From contig JBAZMW010000003.1 in NCBI GenBank assembly GCA_041649575.1, forward strand, positions 1 through 32,000: 32,000 nucleotides of DNA. Reading direction: 5' to 3'. Shown one piece after another: positions 6,774 through 15,508 of this stretch (within the stretch, counting starts at the first letter, position 1; every line of letters begins with the position of its first letter). The position numbers were made by a program, and so were the translations under genes. This DNA is from Patescibacteria group bacterium. GTDB lineage: Bacteria > Patescibacteriota > Patescibacteriia > 2-01-FULL-39-33. The notes under the pieces were generated by a model. The model was not told the DNA's origin and did not search any database. It saw nothing but the letters and a program-made list of their open reading frames with translations.

Positions 6774-7475
6774 ATGAAAAAAGTTGACCATCCAAAATCC
6801 AAAAGATTGAAGGAAGTGGAAAAATTAATTGATTTCAAAAAAATTTATCCTCTGGCCGAGGCGATCGATTTGGTCAAGAAGACCTCTACCGTCAAATTTG
6901 ACGCGGGCATTGAGGCTCACATCAACCTGGGCATCAATACTAAAAAAAGCGACCAACAAGTAAGAAGCACGGTTATTTTGCCTCATGGCAACGGCAAGGT
7001 CGTTAAGGTGGCGGTAGTGGCCACTAGCGGCGACCAACAAAAAGCCGCCAAAGAGGCCGGCGCCGACTTAATCGGCGAAAAAGATTTGATCGAGGACATC
7101 CAAAAAGGTAAGCTTGATTTTGATATTTTGGTGGCCACGCCTGATGCCATGAAAATGCTGGGCCTGGTGGCCAAAATTTTGGGTCCGAAAGGGCTGATGC
7201 CCAACCCTAAAGACGGCACTGTCGCTCAAAATGTGGGTGAGGCGGTCGCCAACCTGAAAAAGGGCAAGGTGAGCTTCAAAAACGACGACAGCGGCAACTT
7301 GCATGTGCTAATAGGCAAAATCTCTTTTGACAACGATAAGCTGACCGAAAATTTTAACGCCCTGGTAGAAAGCATCCGAAAAGCCAAACCGGCCGGCGCC
7401 AAGGGCAGCTATATCAAAAGCGTCAGTCTTTGCAGCTCGATGGGCCCGGGAGTTAAAGTGGCATACAGCGTATAG
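6774..7475 (+). CDS. rplA: 50S ribosomal protein L1
   Basis: GLMPNPKDGTVAQNVGEAV and location after rplK. Confidence 0.97.
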   Translation: MKKVDHPKSKRLKEVEKLIDFKKIYPLAEAIDLVKKTSTVKFDAGIEAHINLGINTKKSDQQVRSTVILPHGNGKVVKVAVVATSGDQQKAAKEAGADLIGEKDLIEDIQKGKLDFDILVATPDAMKMLGLVAKILGPKGLMPNPKDGTVAQNVGEAVANLKKGKVSFKNDDSGNLHVLIGKISFDNDKLTENFNALVESIRKAKPAGAKGSYIKSVSLCSSMGPGVKVAYSV

Positions 7476-7515
7476 CTGGTGGCTAATGGCTTATAGAAAA
7501 ATTTGAGTTTTATAA

Positions 7516-7545
7516 AACCCCCGCCAGTTGGCGGGGGTTTTTGTT
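7516..7545 (+). terminator. Intrinsic terminator after rplA
   Basis: CCCCCGCCAGTTGGCGGGGG followed by TTTTTG. Confidence 0.85.
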
Positions 7546-7555
7546 CTCTAATTTT

Positions 7556-9037
7556 TTAACGAATATATCTATAGCTCAAAGATATTGGTGTTTTAGGAGT
7601 CACATCTATAAAATAGCCAATGTTTTGATCTATGGCCTGAATAGAATTACCATCAATGGAAAAATAAACATCGGACTCAGACGCATTGCTGGGTATATCA
7701 CAAATTATAGAATACTTATTTGTGCCGGTCTCCATTTGAACAGGAGTTGTCACTAAAAAGTAAGTTGTTTGACCGGGCGTAATAATAGCATTCTCAAAAT
7801 AGCCAGCGACGGGATTGCCATTTTTGTCTACAATTTTTTTAAGATTTATGGTTGAGGTGCCGTTGGTGCCATTAAATTTTACCGGTATTTTTTGAACCTT
7901 AATTGTATCCAGCCCTTTCTTTACAAAAATAAACGAACCCATATTAGCATTAATGGTGCCTGGCTTTATGGTTTGAGGAACATCAGCTGAATCCTTCTCA
8001 ATGCTTAGAGAACCACTAAGAAATGTTTGGGTGTTCAAATTAACAATTCCAGAAGCTGGAAAAAAGCTTATTGCCCGCCCGGAAATAGCATCGGTTGCCA
8101 AGATGGGCATTGAAAAGACTAAACGCATAGTCTGACCACTAACGGAATTTAAAACATCTGCCTTTATAATATACTTATTAACCCCAAACTTAGCCGTAAG
8201 TGGTGTGTCGAGTTTGAGTGCTGGAGTTAAGGGAGTAGTGGTGGTGTCCAGGATGAGTCTCGAAAGCATTCTACCGTCATCACTGAAAAGCTTGAAGTTG
8301 CTAAAATTATTGCTATTAATACCGCTTATTGGTGACCCCTGAACATACAAAGGCAATTTGTTTATAACTATATCATTATCATTTCTAACAATAAAATTAA
8401 AAGAACCAATTCCTACGTTAGATGTACCCACCTGAATGATTCCTGCTAGTACTATTTCACTTTTTTCTAAATTAACAGATCCCGCTGACAAATTTATGCA
8501 CGCCCCATCGCTACACCCATCAGGACATTTATAGAGCCAGTTGCTAACTGTGGGGGTGACGCCAGCTGAATTTTTTACAAACCCTTCCTGCAGACGGCAG
8601 TTCCTGTCAGTTTTACTGCAAGAAGCGACTGGCGTCGACTTGCAGGAAGTGCCACTGCAAACGTCAATTAGACATTTATCCTCATAGGCCGTGCGACTAC
8701 CGCCTCTGACGCAGTCGGCTGTGCTCTTATTATAAATATCAAAAAATTTAACGTTACCAAGGCCGCCGGTACTAGCATTAAAAGATGAGAGATAGGGAAT
8801 GGTAGAGATGGTGACATTATTATGCATTTCATTACTATTACTCTCTGAACAGGTCCAGGTAGAACCGGGCAGGGTGACCACCCCCGGCATGCCACCGGTG
8901 ATTATCTTAAAAATAAAAACGGCAATAACTGCCGCTGAACTGACTGTTAGTAGACCCATTAACACGCCCGGGTAGACCTTGACCTGGGATTTGGTAAGAG
9001 TTTGCATCTGCCTGGAGGCAGGGATAGCTTTGGCCAT
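7556..9037 (-). CDS. Hypothetical surface/extracytoplasmic protein with N-terminal TM, Cys-rich region and beta-rich domains
   Basis: 493-aa ORF; hydrophobic segment VLMGLLTVSSAAVIAVFIF; Ser/Thr/Asn-rich exported-type composition. Confidence 0.7.
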   Translation of the reverse strand: MAKAIPASRQMQTLTKSQVKVYPGVLMGLLTVSSAAVIAVFIFKIITGGMPGVVTLPGSTWTCSESNSNEMHNNVTISTIPYLSSFNASTGGLGNVKFFDIYNKSTADCVRGGSRTAYEDKCLIDVCSGTSCKSTPVASCSKTDRNCRLQEGFVKNSAGVTPTVSNWLYKCPDGCSDGACINLSAGSVNLEKSEIVLAGIIQVGTSNVGIGSFNFIVRNDNDIVINKLPLYVQGSPISGINSNNFSNFKLFSDDGRMLSRLILDTTTTPLTPALKLDTPLTAKFGVNKYIIKADVLNSVSGQTMRLVFSMPILATDAISGRAISFFPASGIVNLNTQTFLSGSLSIEKDSADVPQTIKPGTINANMGSFIFVKKGLDTIKVQKIPVKFNGTNGTSTINLKKIVDKNGNPVAGYFENAIITPGQTTYFLVTTPVQMETGTNKYSIICDIPSNASESDVYFSIDGNSIQAIDQNIGYFIDVTPKTPISLSYRYIR

Positions 9038-9272
9038 AAATTTAGTTTAGATTTTTTTGATGAAAATTAAGTATTGTTTTAATTATACCACTTTTTGCAC
9101 CGCTTTAGCTATAAAATAGTTATCCACAACTAAATTGTCAAACAACCCGGCCGTGTTGCTTAACAAAAAGACATCTTGCACAAATCAATCCCTTTAACCC
9201 AAAAACGGATTGGCTATTTATGAGCTTTTCCGCTATAATAGAAGTGTTTTAAAAAACCAAATTTAAAAAACC

Positions 9273-10265
9273 ATGCCTTTAACCCTTTTGCCGGATCAGC
9301 AGAAATTAATAGCCAGAGAAAGAAAAAAATATCTTTGGTTTTTTTTGACCCCGCTGGCTCTGCTGATTCTGGATTTTATTTTATACAGTCTCCTTGCCTT
9401 GCTGTTTTCCAAAATCAACCCGGGCCAGGTGGCGGTGGTAATTAACGCCATTTTGGGTTTAGTTGGCGTTCTAGCCGTTGTTTTAATTATTGTATTCGCT
9501 ATCACGGGAATAATCGGTTATCTGACTTTCAAATATAGAATATTTAGAATATTGGAAAAAACTGAATATCAAAATCTGCCGCTAGAACAGATCGTCTTTA
9601 TCCTCCGCCCCAGTCTAGCGGCATTACTGGTTAGCCCGGTTTTTACTCTGGGCAATAAACTCTGTCTTTGGTCGATAATTCCGGTGATTTCTTGGCTGAT
9701 CGGCATTGTTTCCGTTTTTTATTCCAACCAGGTGATTTCCGTCATCATGCTGATCTTAGGATTAATCACTCTGGTCATCTCTCTTATCTTAACTGCCAGA
9801 GGCCGCGAATGGGCCTGGCGGAGGGAGCCTGCTCAAAACTTTAATCTTTTCAAAAAAAGACAGCGTCTTGTTAATATCGTGGCTCTTATCGTTCTGGTAC
9901 TGATGATAGTTACCGAACTGGTAGTGTTTATAGCAAATTTCAATCGCCAAACACTGGAACTCCAAAAAAACATGGCCAACGTCAGTGATGTCAATAATGT
10001 CGGCCAGGAAGAAAATATCGACGCTTTCCTAAAAATTTTCGAACTTAGGGGCATAAAAGTGACAGACCGAGAGCTCTTTAAGCAAGCGATGAACCAGGGT
10101 CTTAGCGACGGCGGCATACTAAAAGATATCGATCTGGAAAAACTGAAGAATCCCGATTTTCTTTTGGGTTATGGGGTGGGCTATGCCGCAGGCTGCCTGA
10201 AAGCCAAAGGTGATGAAAATTTTTGCCAAGATTTCATTAAAGAAAAAACCAAAGACTTGAAATAA
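9273..10265 (+). CDS. Multi-pass membrane protein of unknown function
   Basis: 330-aa ORF with about 6 hydrophobic segments. Confidence 0.7.
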   Translation: MPLTLLPDQQKLIARERKKYLWFFLTPLALLILDFILYSLLALLFSKINPGQVAVVINAILGLVGVLAVVLIIVFAITGIIGYLTFKYRIFRILEKTEYQNLPLEQIVFILRPSLAALLVSPVFTLGNKLCLWSIIPVISWLIGIVSVFYSNQVISVIMLILGLITLVISLILTARGREWAWRREPAQNFNLFKKRQRLVNIVALIVLVLMIVTELVVFIANFNRQTLELQKNMANVSDVNNVGQEENIDAFLKIFELRGIKVTDRELFKQAMNQGLSDGGILKDIDLEKLKNPDFLLGYGVGYAAGCLKAKGDENFCQDFIKEKTKDLK

Positions 10266-10323
10266 CAATACGCCGGACGAAAAAATAAAAGAATATTCCC
10301 GACCCTCTTGGGACAAATATTTT

Positions 10324-10770
10324 ATGGAAATCGCCAGACAGGTGGCCTTAAGGGCAACCTGCGACCGCGGCCGCAGCGGCTGTGTGATTGTCAAAGACCG
10401 CCACATTTTGACGACCGGCTATGTTGGCTCGCCGGTGGGACTGGAACATTGCGATGACGTTGGCCACCAGATGCATTCAGTTGTCAGTGAAGACGGCTCC
10501 AGCTCGCAACATTGCATTCGAACAGTGCATGCCGAACAAAACGCCATTTGTTGGGCGGCGCGACTGGGCATTCCTCTGGAAGGAGCGACTCTCTATTGCA
10601 AAATGACTCCCTGCTATGTCTGCGCTAAAACGATTATTAATGTGGGCATTAAACGAGTGGTTTGCGATAAGGATTATCACGTCGCCGACCTGTCCAAAAA
10701 AATCTTCGGCCAAGCAGGTATAAAACTGGATATTTTGAATCAGGAGGTAGAACAATATGAAAAACAATAA
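10324..10770 (+). CDS. dCMP/cytidine deaminase-family protein (ComEB-like)
   Basis: HAEQNAI and PCYVCAKTI zinc motifs; SGCVIVKDRHILTTGYVGSP. Confidence 0.88.
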   Translation: MEIARQVALRATCDRGRSGCVIVKDRHILTTGYVGSPVGLEHCDDVGHQMHSVVSEDGSSSQHCIRTVHAEQNAICWAARLGIPLEGATLYCKMTPCYVCAKTIINVGIKRVVCDKDYHVADLSKKIFGQAGIKLDILNQEVEQYEKQ

Positions 10771-11329
10771 AATAGTTTTGGGGCTGGCCGGAGAAATCGC
10801 CTCTGGCAAGGACACAGTGGCCCAATACTTGGAAAAAACGCATCGGGGAGGCACCATTAGCTTTTCCCGGCCCTTGAGAGATATTTTGGATCGGCTGGCG
10901 CTGCCGCAAACACGCGAAAACATGGCTTGGCTGGGCACCGACCTAAGAGCGAAGTTCGGCCAGGATCTTTTGGCTAAAGCGATTACCGCCGAAGTGCAAA
11001 AAAGCAAAAAAAGAATTATTACTCTGCCCAATGTGCGGCTGGAGTCGGATATAAAATACTTAAAAAAATTGCCTGGCTTCCACCTGGTTCGCCTAGACGC
11101 CGACACAAAAATCCGCTACCAACGCCTGTTAAAAAGAGGGCAAAATCCGGACGATAAGACTAAAACCTGGCAACAGTTTCTGAAAGATTCAAAATTGCCG
11201 ACGGAACTCGCTATTAGAAAAGTGGCCAAGAAAGCCAAATACCGATTAGATAACAACGGCGATTTTAAAAACCTATACCGACAAATTGAGAAACTGCTGA
11301 AAACTTTAAAACTTAAAACTAAGAACTGA
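10757..11329 (+). CDS. P-loop (deoxy)nucleoside monophosphate kinase / dephospho-CoA kinase-like protein
   Basis: IVLGLAGEIASGKDTVAQYLE Walker A; DADTKIRYQRLLKRGQ. Confidence 0.65.
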   Translation: MKNNKIVLGLAGEIASGKDTVAQYLEKTHRGGTISFSRPLRDILDRLALPQTRENMAWLGTDLRAKFGQDLLAKAITAEVQKSKKRIITLPNVRLESDIKYLKKLPGFHLVRLDADTKIRYQRLLKRGQNPDDKTKTWQQFLKDSKLPTELAIRKVAKKAKYRLDNNGDFKNLYRQIEKLLKTLKLKTKN

Positions 11330-11352
11330 GTTTTCAAGAAGTCTGTCTTTAT

Positions 11353-11970
11353 ATGTTTAAAAACAAATATCCCGGCAAATTCATCGCTATTGAAGGCACC
11401 GATGGCAGTGGCAAGTCCACGCAAGTCTTTAAGTTAAAAGAATATTTCAAAATTCAGCATATCCCCTGCTATCTGACCCAGGAGCCGACCAGTAGTATTA
11501 TTGGCGGCATCATCCGAGGCCGGCTTACGGGCGATTGGCAGACTGTCAGCCCGACATCGCTACAGCTCCTGTTTGCCGCCGACCGAGCCAACCATTTGGA
11601 ATATGAGATTGTGCCACAACTGGAGAAGGGGGTTAATGTCATTACTGACCGTTATTTTCTTTCTTCACTGGCTTATGGCTCCATAGACATAAAAGATGAA
11701 AGCTGGCTAATGAGAGTTAATGATCTTTTTTTGATTCCTGATTTGACTGTCATTTTAAAAACTTCAATTAAAACGGCCATTAAAAGAATGAGGGAATCTG
11801 ATTTAAAATTAGAATTATTCGATGATGAAAAAACCATAGAAAAAGTTTGGCAAACCTATGAAATGATTTCTAAAAAATATCCCAACATAAAAGTGATTGA
11901 CGGCGATCAGGAAGAGGATGCGGTATTTAAAGAAATAAGAGAAACTCTTGAAAATTTACTATTAAAATAG
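11353..11970 (+). CDS. tmk: Thymidylate kinase
   Basis: FIAIEGTDGSGKSTQVFKL; TQEPTSS; DRYFLSSLAYGS. Confidence 0.9.
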   Translation: MFKNKYPGKFIAIEGTDGSGKSTQVFKLKEYFKIQHIPCYLTQEPTSSIIGGIIRGRLTGDWQTVSPTSLQLLFAADRANHLEYEIVPQLEKGVNVITDRYFLSSLAYGSIDIKDESWLMRVNDLFLIPDLTVILKTSIKTAIKRMRESDLKLELFDDEKTIEKVWQTYEMISKKYPNIKVIDGDQEEDAVFKEIRETLENLLLK

Positions 11971-12096
11971 AGCTGCTTAAGACTAACCTTAATTCCTCCG
12001 CTAAGGGATTTTTTATTTTGGCAAAAATTTGACTTTGAGCGGAGCTACTGCTAAATTTGAGGTGCGATCTCGAACCTTAACATGGAGGAATTTAAG

Positions 12097-12783
12097 ATGA
12101 AAAAAGACGGTGGCAAGTTGCTAGTCTTGGAGGGCGGCGACGGCAGCGGCAAAGCCACCCAGACCAGGATGCTGGTTGAACGACTGCGGCGGCAAGGGCG
12201 GGATGTTTTCACGCTTGATTTTCCACGCTACGACGAGACTTTCGGCGGGAAAATAGCTCGGGCTTACCTCGATGGCCAATTCGGTGACCCCAAGAACATT
12301 GATCCCTACTTGGCGTCTATTCCCTACGCCATGGACCGCTATGAGAGCCTGCCCGCCTTACACGCCCAGCTTAACAAAGGTGGCTTGGTGGTAGTTGACC
12401 GCTTCCACACAGCCAACTTCATCCATCAGGGAGCCAAGATGGGCATCTCTGAAGACGGCCAGCTCAATGAGCCAGCCCTTCACGACCTGGTGTCCTTCTT
12501 GCAGCGACTGGAATTCGAGCTGCTCGGGATTCCCCAGCCGGATCTGGTGCTCTATCTGCACGTGGCACCACCAGTCGCGCAAACACTCATGGATAGTCAG
12601 GGCCGAGTCAAGGACGGACACGAGAAAGACGTGGCCTATGCCAAGAAGGTGGAACGAGTGGCCTTGTGGGCCTGTGAAGCCCTGGGCTGGAAACTGATTG
12701 AGTGCTGCCCGGACGAACAGACCATTCTGTCGCCGGAAGCAGTGAGTGACCTGATCTGGAACGAAGTAGAACGAGCAATATAG
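12097..12783 (-). other. Minus-strand shadow of the tmk2 region; no gene called here
   Basis: Long antisense ORF 12358..12807 is a by-product of the high-GC coding sequence on the plus strand. Confidence 0.3.
12097..12783 (+). CDS. Second thymidylate kinase-like protein
   Basis: LLVLEGGDGSGKATQTRMLVERL; DFPRYDETFGG; VVDRFHTANFIHQG; SD GGAGG favours ATG at 12097 over 12082. Confidence 0.85.
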   Translation: MKKDGGKLLVLEGGDGSGKATQTRMLVERLRRQGRDVFTLDFPRYDETFGGKIARAYLDGQFGDPKNIDPYLASIPYAMDRYESLPALHAQLNKGGLVVVDRFHTANFIHQGAKMGISEDGQLNEPALHDLVSFLQRLEFELLGIPQPDLVLYLHVAPPVAQTLMDSQGRVKDGHEKDVAYAKKVERVALWACEALGWKLIECCPDEQTILSPEAVSDLIWNEVERAI

Positions 12784-12795
12784 GAGAAATGTCAG

Positions 12796-13788
12796 ATGAA
12801 TCAACACAAAGCGCTACCCACCCTGCATGTAGTCGGTGAAAGCATCCCGCAGGCCTATTTCCGAGCCATCAAGGCGGTTTGGGAACAAGGTCTGGCAATG
12901 AGAACCCAGTACGACCGCAAGAACGACGCTGGCGAATTCATTGACCCGCCCAGCCGCGACGCCCGTATGCTGATCGAAATCAAAGACCCGTTCGCTCAGC
13001 CGCGATTTCCGCCCATCTCCTTCTGTGAGATCGGTGTCTATATAGCCGAAATTCTGGGCGTCAAGAACCACCGCGTCCTGCCGATGTCCGTCCTGCTGGA
13101 TATGATCGACGGCCGGCCAGTACCGGAAGAACTGCGCAACCACTGGCCTTACACCTACCACCAGCGCCTGACAGCGCACCCGGAAAGCGACGGCCGAGTC
13201 GTCAATCAACTGAATATTGCTATCGGTGACGTGGCAAAAGTGCCGTACACGCGCCGTGCCATGTGCACTACGTCCGTACCCAACATCGATCCATTCTTGA
13301 AGGAAGACGTCCCTTGTCTACGCGAGCTGCAACTACGCTGCGTGGAGCAAGACGACGGCTTGCTCCTGCTCTGCCCGACCACCACCTGGCGCAGTCGCGA
13401 CCTGTACAAGGCCTGGGGCGATAATGTCATCGCCATTACCTTCTTGTTGCAGACAGTCGCCAAGGAAATCGCCCAGCGCAGTGGTCGCCGGGTGAAACTC
13501 GGTAGCTATGCCGACTTCAGCATGTCGCTACACATCTACGGCCAGGACTTTGGCGCGGTCGGCGGAGACCAGACACGCGGCATCCAAAGCTTCTTCGATA
13601 CCTTCGACGAAAAGGCGTTCATCGCCAGGTCGCTGACCAGCGAGATGGCCACGGAAATGCTGGTATTGCCACAACTGCAAGAGCTGCTGACTCCCGGGAA
13701 ACAGCAGGAGTGGGGTTTCCCGAAAAGCGCGGCCAAAGGCATCCAATCGCTCATCGACGAAATCAAGAGTGGCACATTGTTGGCCTAA
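12796..13788 (+). CDS. Divergent thymidylate synthase (ThyA)-family protein
   Basis: VPCLRELQLR (candidate catalytic Cys) ... TTTWRSRDLYKAWGDNVIAITFLLQTVAKEI ... SMSLHIYGQD. Confidence 0.7.
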   Translation: MNQHKALPTLHVVGESIPQAYFRAIKAVWEQGLAMRTQYDRKNDAGEFIDPPSRDARMLIEIKDPFAQPRFPPISFCEIGVYIAEILGVKNHRVLPMSVLLDMIDGRPVPEELRNHWPYTYHQRLTAHPESDGRVVNQLNIAIGDVAKVPYTRRAMCTTSVPNIDPFLKEDVPCLRELQLRCVEQDDGLLLLCPTTTWRSRDLYKAWGDNVIAITFLLQTVAKEIAQRSGRRVKLGSYADFSMSLHIYGQDFGAVGGDQTRGIQSFFDTFDEKAFIARSLTSEMATEMLVLPQLQELLTPGKQQEWGFPKSAAKGIQSLIDEIKSGTLLA

Positions 13789-13812
13789 CCTGATTCCGCC
13801 AAGAATCACATT

Positions 13813-13850
13813 CTCGCCTCTGAGGATACCAACCAAGGAGGCGAGTTTTT
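13813..13850 (+). terminator. Intrinsic terminator after thyA-like gene
   Basis: CTCGCCTC...GAGGCGAG followed by TTTTT. Confidence 0.85.
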
Positions 13851-13855
13851 GTTGT

Positions 13856-13885
13856 TTGACAAGGTTTGAGCTTTTTTGATAAAAT
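13856..13885 (+). promoter_or_regulatory. Sigma70-like promoter upstream of dnaA
   Basis: TTGACA (13856-13861), 18-nt spacer, TAAAAT (13880-13885). Confidence 0.6.
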
Positions 13886-13966
13886 AATGTGTTGTACCTT
13901 GGTACGTTAACAGAGAGAGAAGTAAAGAGATTATCAACAACCGCGCTAAGCGGAAGGAGAATGGCC

Positions 13967-15364
13967 ATGTCGACTGACAAAAGCATTTGGCAGTCGATTA
14001 TGGATCGACTGCTAGAGTTACTCGACGACGAGAGCGCCTTCAAGAACTGGTTTGGTCAGACAGAATTCGTTTCACTTCAGAACGGCGTTCTGACCATTCG
14101 AGTGCCCAGCCAATTCTTTAAGGACTGGCTAACGGACCACTACCTCGATGAGATCAAGAAGGCCGCCGAGGCAGCCGGCCAGCACTGCACAGAAGTGGTA
14201 TTTGAGATAGATGGCAAGCTGGCAAAACAACCGGAGCAGCAGCCAGCCAACGAACAGACCCAAGAATCAGCGGCTCGGCCAAACCCAAAAAAGCAGGCCA
14301 AGCGGGAACCGGCCACCTTTGAGGATTTTGTGGAGGGCGCCGGTAACCGACTAGCGCTGGCCGCGGCCAGAGAGGTGGCTTTTGCCCAGACCTGTCCCTA
14401 TCCGATGGTCGCTTTATGCGGCGATCCGGGAGTCGGTAAGACCCACCTGCTAGAAGCCATCGCTCACGCCATCCGGCTGGAAAATCAGGCTAATACTGGT
14501 AACTGCCGCCAATTCCTGTTTACCAGCGCCGAGGCCTTCACTAATGAGTTTATGATTTCCTTGAGGGAGAAGAAATCAGATGCTTTCCGTGCCAGGTGGC
14601 GCAGGGTCGACGTGCTACTGGTGGATGAGGTGCAGTTCCTGGCGGGCAAGGAGGCGACTCAAGAAGAGTTCTTCCACACCCTTAATGCCATCGAACGTCA
14701 CAAAGGTATCGTGGCTATCACCTGCGACCAATCGCCGGACAAGGTAAGCGGCCTAGAGGAACGAATCCGGTCGCGCCTGATGCAGGGACTGGTCATTGAT
14801 ATCAACCCACCCAGTAGAGAAACACTACTAGCTATCGCCCGTGAATTGGCGAGTAAGTCCGGTTTCCGCTTTGATCCTGAAGCGCTGGAGTTGGTAGCCG
14901 ACTGTGTTTCTCCGGATGTCCGACGAGTGCAGGGAGCAATGCACAAACTGGCTCTGTGCGCACGTCTGGATGGCGGAGTCGTGACGCTGGAACTGGCCCG
15001 ACAGGCACTACGAGGGCTAGTCAACCTGAAAGGTAGTAAGCTGGTGACCATCGACTTGGTCATTGAGGCCGTAGCCAGGTATTCCGGTTTGACAGTCGGC
15101 GACCTCCGAAGCAGAAGGAGGGATCAAAGAGTGGCAACGCCGCGCCAATGGGCTATGTATCTCTGCCACCAGCTGATACCTTCAGCCACCCTAGCGAACA
15201 TCGGCCAGAAGTTCGGGCGGGACCACACCACTGTCCTGTACGCTTGCAGGGGCGTGGAGCGACGTTACCTGTCCGGCCGCAGTCTGCCGGGCACCAACCC
15301 AATAGAGGAGCTGCCGGGCACCAACCCAATAGAGGAGCTGCGGCAGATCATTCTCTCTGACTGA
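13967..15364 (+). CDS. dnaA: Chromosomal replication initiator DnaA
   Basis: GDPGVGKTHLLEAIAHAI; VDVLLVDEVQFLAGKEATQEEFFHTLN; GRDHTTVLYACRGVE. SD AAGGAG supports start at 13967 rather than 13889. Confidence 0.95.
   Translation: MSTDKSIWQSIMDRLLELLDDESAFKNWFGQTEFVSLQNGVLTIRVPSQFFKDWLTDHYLDEIKKAAEAAGQHCTEVVFEIDGKLAKQPEQQPANEQTQESAARPNPKKQAKREPATFEDFVEGAGNRLALAAAREVAFAQTCPYPMVALCGDPGVGKTHLLEAIAHAIRLENQANTGNCRQFLFTSAEAFTNEFMISLREKKSDAFRARWRRVDVLLVDEVQFLAGKEATQEEFFHTLNAIERHKGIVAITCDQSPDKVSGLEERIRSRLMQGLVIDINPPSRETLLAIARELASKSGFRFDPEALELVADCVSPDVRRVQGAMHKLALCARLDGGVVTLELARQALRGLVNLKGSKLVTIDLVIEAVARYSGLTVGDLRSRRRDQRVATPRQWAMYLCHQLIPSATLANIGQKFGRDHTTVLYACRGVERRYLSGRSLPGTNPIEELPGTNPIEELRQIILSD
15284..15337 (+). 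repeat. 27-bp perfect tandem duplication at the dnaA 3' end
   Basis: CTGCCGGGCACCAACCCAATAGAGGAG x2 (LPGTNPIEE x2). Confidence 0.97.
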
Positions 15365-15428
15365 CTGGTTCTCGATAACGGCCGACTACCAAATCGACCA
15401 TTGTCGGGTCTGGTCATGACCCTTACGT

Positions 15429-15468
15429 CAACCCGAGCGTCTCACGCCGCTTGGGTTGATTTTTTTTG
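15429..15468 (+). terminator. Intrinsic terminator after dnaA
   Basis: CAACCCGAGCG...CGCTTGGGTTG-type stem followed by a T tract. Confidence 0.75.
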
Positions 15469-15508
15469 GCAAAAAGTATAAGATTAAAAAGAATTAAATT
15501 AATCTTTT

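Noticed and set aside
9120-9128. Perfect DnaA box TTATCCACA as evidence of oriC
   Set aside because: Single box found by eye, 4.8 kb from dnaA, with no visible cluster. A GC-skew and box-cluster analysis is needed before any origin claim.
12358-12807. Antisense ORFs 12358..12807, 12814..13209, 13528..14043 and plus ORF 12395..12697
   Set aside because: Long shadow frames caused by high-GC coding genes (tmk2, thyA-like, dnaA) with clear protein motifs in the real frame.
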